A stretch of 64,000 nucleotides of DNA, taken from positions 11,716 through 75,715 of the forward strand of contig CAIOZA010000024.1 of NCBI GenBank assembly GCA_903862655.1, in the 5' to 3' direction. How positions within the stretch are numbered: position 1 is the stretch's first letter; every line of letters begins with the position of its first letter. The notes beneath the pieces are model-generated. The model was not told the origin of the DNA, made no database searches, and was given only the letters and a program-made list of their open reading frames with translations. A program made the translations under genes and the position numbers. Source of the stretch: an uncultured Ignavibacteria bacterium (GTDB lineage: Bacteria > Bacteroidota > Ignavibacteria > Kapaibacteriales > UBA2268). Shown piece after piece: positions 58,101 through 64,000 of this stretch.

Positions 58101-58407
58101 CTCCAAAGAAGTCTGGTCAGTCAAAACCGGAACAATACTCGATGTAGCTCAATTGAATGAAAATGAGCCGGGTATCACCATCGAACCCAATCCTGTTCAA
58201 GATATACTTACTATACAACTTTCAGAAAGCTTAAAGCTTTCCGAAAGTGCAAAGTTGGAGATATATTCAACACTCGGATTGAAAATGTATTCTGTAGGGG
58301 CAGGTTCTAAACCTGCCCATGAGTTGAAAATCGATGTCTCCTCTCTGCCAGCGGGGATGTATTTTGTGAGGATAGGTGAGTTGGTTCAAAAGTTTATGAA
58401 GATATAA
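55189..58407 (+). CDS. large T9SS-secreted surface protein with four tandem fibronectin type III (FN3)-like repeats
   Basis: 1072 aa with a signal peptide. Four ~95-aa repeats each ending (Y)YW(R/T)V…W(S/K)…(W/F) (57.0-58.1 kb). C-terminal …EPNPVQDILTIQL…MYFVRIGELVQKFMKI T9SS sorting domain. Confidence 0.75.
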   Translation: MKKLTFLLVLFLLIGLLHAQDPDLTKIPSFLGATSFSNEFWVTIPPCYMDESGVDSNFIKIFVTSQGKTEVTVEVPGKGYLLTKNSIPNDIIEFNISPEDGQPFTKRGPEKPPAERIFPGAGIHIFADQPIACYVVVRYKYTSDGFLAIPVSALGNEYIVAGFNEEGMNGQNIILPNMTGIVAAFDDTQVQFTLGGNSGTITAGGMKPGDMVNFTMQRGDVWMVSTGRGEADLSGSKIVSSKPVGVVTGNQCADIPTGNRWCDYTVEMDLPTYTWGTDVIVPKVPYRKFPSIVRIFAKEPNTNIYKDCKLIGQLKTGGGIEGNGYLSMRMGPYVSTPKPKSAVFSGDKPINVVLYNTGVEEDGNSQGIGDPFVMGISPVEQFQTEILFCTPGINGGMGFAQNYVNLVYETDENGMIPDDLEFSTVVGGQFQWTKLKSKFDGVDELLPCKVNGKQYAVKLITLTGDGVYKIRAKNPFAAYSFGYSDYDSYGYPAAARMWDQEKQDTIQPTVVYNGVDFSKRGSVTASVTDMPENASIRSNLGLITLQQNLSTNCVLHYDPIVPGSTRSTSWKVDVINKNIPSVAVISFYDRRGNDSIVVLKYEPQSNQNFVLLVSPKDKTENLPIDIKFIWNKAPVTSYRFQICENSVFDNTALSFDLKDTFKLVSGLKKYTSYYWRVQSLSDDSIKVVLGSSAIWQFKTETGKPEKVTLITPANNAKGLKTHIEFTWDYNSQPQPDKYNIEVARDSAFIDWVNTEDNIPIKKTDLIIYKNNNYYWRVNAVNSAGTGPWSDVWKFNVTNDAVRLKLPANNSQNMLLTGELRWESISGSKYQVQVSTTEDFSSTVMDISDIQFTFVSYTLLTNSKYYWRVRAIDSLTREWSEVWNFVTIPNVPVAFNLLSPPDKSVRQEFNPTFRWTNAGMSVQYTVLIGSDPNVTTNLQEFTTTNEYLTVSLNPNLTYYWTVKAKNYSGTSYSKEVWSVKTGTILDVAQLNENEPGITIEPNPVQDILTIQLSESLKLSESAKLEIYSTLGLKMYSVGAGSKPAHELKIDVSSLPAGMYFVRIGELVQKFMKI

Positions 58408-58426
58408 AGCAGAAACCCCCCTTAAT

Positions 58427-58507
58427 CCCCCTTGGAACAAGGGGGAAACAAAAACATTAATTGCAATACATGTATTAGCCCCCTTTTTCAAAGGGGGTTG
58501 GGGGTTT
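58427..58507 (+). terminator. pair of C5/G5 hairpins in the intergenic spacer (terminator or REP-like)
   Basis: CCCCCTTG-gaa-CAAGGGGG (58427..58445) and CCCCCTTT-ttc-AAAGGGGG (58479..58497), the latter followed by TTGGGGGTTTC. GC-rich islands in an AT-rich genome. Sits between two + strand genes. Confidence 0.35.
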
Positions 58508-58549
58508 CAAAAAAGAAGTATACTTGATAAAAAACATATCTAGGAAAAT

Positions 58550-60718
58550 ATGAAAAAAGTAATTTTGGTTTTGGTAATTGTAGTTTTATTGTTTGGATCT
58601 TGTTTAGCTCAGAATTATCAAGTTATCCATCATTTCGATAATACAAATGGAGATGGTGCCTTTCCTTATGGTACTTTAATTGAATCAGACTCTGTCTTGT
58701 ATGGAACTACATCAAGTGGTGGAGATAATGGCAAAGGAACAATTTTCAAAATTAAACCGGATGGTAAGGGTTATCAAAAAATATATTCATTCCAAGGCGG
58801 GAAACTCAATAGTTCACAACCATGTGGTTCGTTGTTGAAGATTGGTTCTGCATTCTATGGTATGACAAGAAATGGCGGAACAATTGATTCGGGAACTGTT
58901 TTCAAAATTAACAAGGATGGTTCAGGTTTTGAACTCCTTCACTCGTTTACTGGTGCTTGTATAGACGGCAGGAATCCCGAAGCATCCCTGATTAATTCAG
59001 GTAATACATTGTATGGGATCACAATGTTTGGTGGCACAAAGGATTCCGGAACAGTTTTCAAAATCAATACTGATGGTAGCGGTTATGAGGTTATTCATTC
59101 TTTTGATCAAAACAAAAATGAAGGTATTATGCCAATGTATCCTCTTATTATTTCAGGTTCTGTTTTATATGGTACGACAATTTGGGGTGGACGTGCCGGT
59201 GAGTTAATATACGCTGGAACAATTTACAAATTAAATACTGATGGATCTAATTTCGGAAATTTGCATGTTTATGATTTTCCTGACATATCACCTTCCGGTG
59301 CATTAGTTCTATCAAATTCCGTTTTATATGGCAATACATGCTGTGGCGGTATACCAGGTACGATTTTTCAATTAAATCCAAATGGTATGGATTATACTAA
59401 TCTTCATGAGTTTTCACACTTTAATAAGCTAGGAATAAGCCCCCATAGCACTTTAATATTATCCGGAGATTATCTATATGGGACCACTTGGAGGGGAGGA
59501 ACTAATGATTCAGGCTTAATATTCAGAGTAAATATTAATGACACTAACTATTCAGTTCTTTATAATTTTTTGGGTTCAAATACAGATGGTTCAAGACCCA
59601 ATTTCAATGATTTATTCAAATATAAAAGCTATTTATATGGAATGACACTAAAAGGCGGCTCAAAAGATCAAGGAATTATCTTTAGATACACAGACTCTGT
59701 ATTGGCTGATACCTGTGGTTTTTACTCTTTTGATTACACGAATTTTGACAATACTTCAGATTTAGCATTCAACGGAGTCGCTACAGCTTTGGATTCGAAT
59801 GTAAGAATATGCCAAAGATTAAACAATGTATCAGGATCTGTTTTCTATAAAAGACCTATTCCAGTAGCCTGCAACTTTTATACAAATTTCACATTTCGAT
59901 TTTCAGAAGGTTACAATGATTATGAAGATGGTTCTCCTGCTGGTGCGGATGGAATGGCTTTCATTATCCAGGCAACGGACACAAAAAACATCGGTACGAG
60001 CGGTGGCGGACTCGGATATTGGGGTATATCGAACAGCTTGGCAATAGAATTTGATTCTTACAATAATGGACTTGATTTCAATGAAAATAACGGTAGCCAC
60101 CTGGCAGTAATGTCAAACGGGAAAAAGCCCAACACAAGTAAGCACAATCTAAAATCACAATTGGCTTACACAACAGATATACCAATATTAAAAGCAGATT
60201 CAACTGTCTATCATTGCAGGATAGAATATGTTTATAATCAAAATAGAATGAAGATTTGGCTTGACACAACCGGAGAATTCGTGCAACCGGTACTTGAGGT
60301 GGATTCACTTGATTTAGCTTCATTGATCAATCTCATAAATATGAACAAAGCATACATTGGCTTTACATCATCAACAGGAACATCTGTGGAAAACACTGAT
60401 CTTCTATCGTGGTCATTCTGCTATAATCAGGTTCAGCCGATAACAGGTATTGAAGAACCGCATGCAGACAATTCAAATGACATGATATATCCTAATCCTG
60501 CAACGGATTTCATAGAAATTTCTTATCCCCCTCTTGAGAGGGGGTCAGGGGGTGTGGATATTAAGATAATGAATGTTTATGGGCAAATACAGACCACCTC
60601 GTTACTTCGTGACACCCCTGCCGGCGGGGAAAAAGTTAGAATCGATGTTTCGGGTTTGGCTCCGGGGATGTATTTTGTGAAGATTGGGGATAGAGTCGGG
60701 AAGTTTGTTAAAATATAG
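58550..60718 (+). CDS. T9SS-secreted protein: N-terminal ~48-aa tandem repeats (Gloeo_Verruco-type) + L-type (legume-like) lectin domain + T9SS CTD
   Basis: Seven repeats of the form (L/V)YGTT..GG…GT(I/V)FK(I/L)N.DGSG(Y/F)..(L/I)HSF. Lectin core GADGMAFIIQ…GGGLGYWGI.NSLAIEFDSY. C-terminal IYPNPATDFIEI…MYFVKIGDRVGKFVKI. Confidence 0.75.
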   Translation: MKKVILVLVIVVLLFGSCLAQNYQVIHHFDNTNGDGAFPYGTLIESDSVLYGTTSSGGDNGKGTIFKIKPDGKGYQKIYSFQGGKLNSSQPCGSLLKIGSAFYGMTRNGGTIDSGTVFKINKDGSGFELLHSFTGACIDGRNPEASLINSGNTLYGITMFGGTKDSGTVFKINTDGSGYEVIHSFDQNKNEGIMPMYPLIISGSVLYGTTIWGGRAGELIYAGTIYKLNTDGSNFGNLHVYDFPDISPSGALVLSNSVLYGNTCCGGIPGTIFQLNPNGMDYTNLHEFSHFNKLGISPHSTLILSGDYLYGTTWRGGTNDSGLIFRVNINDTNYSVLYNFLGSNTDGSRPNFNDLFKYKSYLYGMTLKGGSKDQGIIFRYTDSVLADTCGFYSFDYTNFDNTSDLAFNGVATALDSNVRICQRLNNVSGSVFYKRPIPVACNFYTNFTFRFSEGYNDYEDGSPAGADGMAFIIQATDTKNIGTSGGGLGYWGISNSLAIEFDSYNNGLDFNENNGSHLAVMSNGKKPNTSKHNLKSQLAYTTDIPILKADSTVYHCRIEYVYNQNRMKIWLDTTGEFVQPVLEVDSLDLASLINLINMNKAYIGFTSSTGTSVENTDLLSWSFCYNQVQPITGIEEPHADNSNDMIYPNPATDFIEISYPPLERGSGGVDIKIMNVYGQIQTTSLLRDTPAGGEKVRIDVSGLAPGMYFVKIGDRVGKFVKI

Positions 60719-60727
60719 AGGTTTGAA

Positions 60728-63163
60728 ATGAAAAAGTACATCTACTTTGCTTTTGTTGCATTATTTTTAGTTAGTGCTGCTTATTCAAATGAAAAAATAA
60801 ATATGAAATGGTTCAAGGGTTATGGCGGTAAGGGAGCAGATATGTTCAGGTTCGTCGGTTATGATAAAGAAGGGAGCTATTATGTCACAGGTATTATTGA
60901 AAGGGACAGTATATATTTTGGAAACGGGATTGGTATAGATTTTACAAGCCTTAATTCAAAATACGTTCTCCTAAAGTTTGACAGATATGATGTTTGCCAA
61001 TGGGCAAGAACAACCCAAGCAGTGAAATATGGGGAATGCCATATCATGCCTTATAAATTAACAGTTGATTCTGATGGGAATATTATTATTCTATCGACAT
61101 GGTACAAATCTGATTATAGGGCTGTAAAAAACATCGATTTCGGGAATGGTGTAATACTCGATGGAAAAGGTGGAGTCGATATTATTCTTCTAAAATATGA
61201 TTCAAACGGTAACTGTATCTGGGGGAAATGTATCGGCAGTGGTGCAAATGATAGTGATTATGATATGACGATGGATAGCAGTAATAACATTTATATTTCA
61301 GGCTATTCTGGGTTTTCAACAAATAGTAATGGTCCGGGGGATATTGATTTTGGTAGTGGGATAATTCTTAAAATTGACACTATGTATGTTGGGCATTTTG
61401 CAAAATACTCAAAAGATGGAAATTGCCTATGGGCTAAAAAGCTTTCACATCCGACGTGTAATACAGGAAATTCTGGAGGATATATTACGTTTTGCCAGAA
61501 CGGTACTATTATGCTTTTTGGCAGTTTTGGTGTCAACACTGATTTTGGGGATGGCAATTATGTAGATTTTACAAATTCTGGAACTTATGATTTTGAAACA
61601 TTTATTGCGAATTATTCATTGGATGGTAACCTAAATTGGGTTAAAATATTAGGAATTCCAGCAATCGCCACAATATCAACGCCAGTCATTAAACAAAATT
61701 CTGAATTCTATTTTACTGGGCAGTTTTCAGGTGATATACAACTTGCCCCAGGTTTCCCTTTAAAATCAACCGGTAGTTCAAATTTTTATCTGGCAAAATG
61801 TGATTCAAAAGGAAATTTACAGTGGGCAAAAAGTTATGGAGGCGACTATAAGGATTATGGAAATGTTTATATTGATAATCAGGATAAATTGTACCTTTAT
61901 GGCTACACGCAATCAAAATCTCTTGATTTTGGGAACAATCATGTAATAAGTCCGGATTCGGGCAAAGCTACATTATTTCTTGCCGCTATCGATGATTTAG
62001 GTAATGTGAATACATTGAATACAGTTTATGGTATAATTAAGGATGATTTTACTTCATTATCGGGTGTTGATTATTTGACAAGTGATAATGACGGTAGTTT
62101 CTTGATGACAGGACATTTCAATGGTTCGGTTACTAGTAATAAAACAACCTATACTAGCTCAGGAAATTGCGATGCATTTTTAGTGAAATTTAATACCGGT
62201 TGTGTTACAATAACTGATTATTTCAATAACATCGTAGGTTTGAATTTAGTCCAGTCTGCCGAAATTATAAACTCATTTATCCGAATGACGCCTTCAAGAC
62301 AGCAGGTTAAGGGTGCCGTGTGGTATGAAAATATTGTTTCTGTGAAAAACGGATTTACTACTGATTTCAAATTCCGTATGTCCAGACCTTACAACGCATT
62401 TGATGATGGTTCACTTCCCGGTGCAGATGGTATTGCTTTTGTTATTCAGAATTCAAACCAGTCGGCTTGTGGTAATTCTGGCGGCGGACTTGGTTTTGAG
62501 GGTATTCAGAATAGCTTTGCTGTGGAATTTGATACTTACAGGAATAATGACGTATCATACAATGATGCTGATGGCAATCATATCGCTGTTTTCTGCAACG
62601 GAACAAAGCCAAATCTTGCAGATCATCAATCATCAGCATGTAAAGGAACTACGAATAAAATAATACCTATCAAAGCAGACAGCACAATCTATTATGCTCG
62701 AATCTATTATGATTACGGACAAAAGAAGCTTCAGATTTTTCTAGATACAATCGGAGCATTTATCAAACCAGTACTCGAAATAGATTCAATTGATTTATCA
62801 AAAATGCTAACATTAAATAACGGCACAATGGCTTATGCAGGTTTTACAAGTGCGACAGGTACTTCGTATGAAACTCAGGATATTATGGATTGGATATTTT
62901 GTTCAAAATCTTCAAGTTCAATTACAAACGTTGAAGAAAACCAGAATATACAAATTGATAACAATTCGGCGCTATTTCCAAATCCAATTATTGATTTTCT
63001 AAATATCAATGGATCAAGTAATCAGAAAGTCGAAATCTACTCTGCTCTCGGTTTAAGAGTTTTAGAAACAGAGTGGAAGGAAAAGATCGATGTTTCCGGT
63101 TTGTCTCCGGGAATGTACTTTGTGAGGGTGGGGGATATAGTTAAGAAGTTTGTGAAGTTCTAA
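60728..63163 (+). CDS. T9SS-secreted protein: beta-propeller (SBBP-like) repeats + L-type lectin domain + T9SS CTD
   Basis: 811 aa. SBBP-like motifs (…DMTMDSSNNIYISGYS…, …YGGDYKDYGNVYIDNQDKLYLYGYT). Lectin core GADGIAFVIQ…GGGLGFEGIQNSFAVEFDTY, paralogous to 58550..60718. CTD LFPNPIIDFLNI…MYFVRVGDIVKKFVKF. Confidence 0.75.
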   Translation: MKKYIYFAFVALFLVSAAYSNEKINMKWFKGYGGKGADMFRFVGYDKEGSYYVTGIIERDSIYFGNGIGIDFTSLNSKYVLLKFDRYDVCQWARTTQAVKYGECHIMPYKLTVDSDGNIIILSTWYKSDYRAVKNIDFGNGVILDGKGGVDIILLKYDSNGNCIWGKCIGSGANDSDYDMTMDSSNNIYISGYSGFSTNSNGPGDIDFGSGIILKIDTMYVGHFAKYSKDGNCLWAKKLSHPTCNTGNSGGYITFCQNGTIMLFGSFGVNTDFGDGNYVDFTNSGTYDFETFIANYSLDGNLNWVKILGIPAIATISTPVIKQNSEFYFTGQFSGDIQLAPGFPLKSTGSSNFYLAKCDSKGNLQWAKSYGGDYKDYGNVYIDNQDKLYLYGYTQSKSLDFGNNHVISPDSGKATLFLAAIDDLGNVNTLNTVYGIIKDDFTSLSGVDYLTSDNDGSFLMTGHFNGSVTSNKTTYTSSGNCDAFLVKFNTGCVTITDYFNNIVGLNLVQSAEIINSFIRMTPSRQQVKGAVWYENIVSVKNGFTTDFKFRMSRPYNAFDDGSLPGADGIAFVIQNSNQSACGNSGGGLGFEGIQNSFAVEFDTYRNNDVSYNDADGNHIAVFCNGTKPNLADHQSSACKGTTNKIIPIKADSTIYYARIYYDYGQKKLQIFLDTIGAFIKPVLEIDSIDLSKMLTLNNGTMAYAGFTSATGTSYETQDIMDWIFCSKSSSSITNVEENQNIQIDNNSALFPNPIIDFLNINGSSNQKVEIYSALGLRVLETEWKEKIDVSGLSPGMYFVRVGDIVKKFVKF

Positions 63164-63276
63164 AATTATTTTTTAGAAGCACAGAGATTTCTACATGCGC
63201 AGGAATGACGCTGGTGGTAAACTTCATTTTACAATGGGGTTGTGGGGTTAAGAAAGATTTATTTGAAAGAAATAGA

Positions 63277-64000
63277 ATGTTTAAGATGAAGAGATTAATA
63301 CTTGTTTTGTTGATTGGAATTTTATCGGGTTATACAAGCTATGCTAAAGAGTTCAGCATATTGCATCATTTTGAAAAAACAAACAACAGTGGTTATTGGC
63401 CTTTAGGATCCTTAGTTGCCCAAGATTCTGTTTTTTTCGGAGTAACTGTTGGTGGTGGAGAGAATGAGGTAGGAACTGTTTATAAAATCAACAAGGATGG
63501 ATCAGGTTACGTCGTCCTGCATTCTTTTAGGGATGATTCTGTATTTGCCGATGGTTCCTATCCACAGGGAACTTTGGTCAGATCTGGCAGGATTCTATAC
63601 GGTGTAACACATGGAAAATATAATAAAACCTTTGGAACAATATATAAAATAAATGTTGATGGAAGCGGATATGAAGTAATACATAAATTTTCGGACAGTA
63701 AATCCGATGGTAAACATCCGCAAGCATCTCTGGTTAAATCAGGTGATTTCCTTTATGGGATAACTCTTCGGGGAGGTCAATCCGACTCGGGTACAGTTTA
63801 TCGTATAAACACATCCGGAGGTGATTTTAAAATTCTTCATTCTTTCATGCGCAAAGATAATGATGGCTATCTGCCTTATTCCTCTCTTATCAGTACAGAT
63901 TCATTGCTTTACGGAACCTGTCTTTATGGCGGCTCCAGAGGTGGTGGAACTATTTATAAGTTAAATATGGACGGTAGTGATTATAGGGTTCTCTATCAAT
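63277..64000 (+). CDS. secreted Gloeo_Verruco-type repeat protein (3' partial, runs off window)
   Basis: ATG at 63277 gives MFKMKRLILVLLIGILSGYTSYA (signal), then the same ~48-aa repeats as 58550..60718 (GTVYKINKDGSGYVVLHSF, GTIYKINVDGSGYEVIHKF, GTVYRINTSGGDFKILHSF). No stop before 64000. Confidence 0.6.
   Translation, partial: MFKMKRLILVLLIGILSGYTSYAKEFSILHHFEKTNNSGYWPLGSLVAQDSVFFGVTVGGGENEVGTVYKINKDGSGYVVLHSFRDDSVFADGSYPQGTLVRSGRILYGVTHGKYNKTFGTIYKINVDGSGYEVIHKFSDSKSDGKHPQASLVKSGDFLYGITLRGGQSDSGTVYRINTSGGDFKILHSFMRKDNDGYLPYSSLISTDSLLYGTCLYGGSRGGGTIYKLNMDGSDYRVLYQ

Noticed and set aside
60521-60560. CCCCTCTTGAGAGGGGG hairpin inside the 58550..60718 CDS as an inserted repeat
   Set aside because: It is in-frame (encodes YPPLERGSGGVD) within the T9SS CTD region, and the reading frame is undisturbed. 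Probably coincidental or a codon-level feature.
1-64000. Search for tRNA, rRNA, CRISPR arrays, integrases and transposases
   Set aside because: No cloverleaf-like conserved tRNA motifs (TTCGAAT-type T-loops with matching acceptor stems) were seen in intergenic regions. No regularly spaced direct repeats. No recombinase or transposase ORFs. The only mobile-element-like signal is the non-autonomous MITE family.

Overview
AT-rich 64-kb chromosomal segment, most likely from an FCB-group bacterium. The guess of an Ignavibacteria-like organism is inference: four secreted proteins carry type IX secretion (T9SS) C-terminal sorting domains, while a flagellar filament module, an alternative complex III (ACIII) and a cbb3 oxidase are all present. 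Genes are densely packed in four strand blocks (- 1.7-27.5 kb, + 28.5-35.5 kb, - 35.6-52.7 kb, + 52.8-64 kb). Main content, in order: (i) a 5'-truncated PD40 beta-propeller protein, a LolC/E-like permease, a PP2C phosphatase, acpS, a GDPD lipoprotein and a 1015-aa T9SS zinc metalloprotease; (ii) a ferritin-like protein and a ferritin, then a cluster of four sensor histidine kinases (one hybrid kinase with a periplasmic CxxCH heme-c domain, one paired with a V4R ligand-binding protein); (iii) a brnT(pseudo)/brnA toxin-antitoxin pair next to an operon of outer-membrane protein, Omp28-like lipoprotein, YgiT zinc ribbon and a Fibrobacter-paralogous-domain (FISUMP) lipoprotein; (iv) a flagellar filament module fliC-fliS-fliD-flaG with a sigma28-like promoter, then ssb, an MCE protein and an OmpA protein; (v) a 17-kb respiratory supercluster on the minus strand: ccoI-ccoS-ccoNO(fused)-ccoQ-ccoP-ccoG-ccoH-DsbD_2-like, then actA-(small TAT-signal ORF)-actB-actC-actDE(fused)-actF and a membrane cytochrome c; (vi) a second FISUMP lipoprotein, a radical SAM/SPASM enzyme, and a tandem array of at least four T9SS cargo proteins (fibronectin type III repeats, or tandem repeat/beta-propeller domains plus L-type lectin domains). 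No rRNA, tRNA or CRISPR was found. A ~100-bp MITE-like element with terminal inverted repeats GTCATTCTGA...TCAGAATGAC occurs four times, always intergenic and in one orientation. No single obviously novel multi-gene system stands out; the most unusual observations are the MITE family, the brnT in-frame TGA, two genes that seem to need AUU/AUA initiation (ccoI and an outer-membrane protein), the V4R-kinase pair, the heme-c sensor kinase, and the radical SAM enzyme next to the lectin cargo array.
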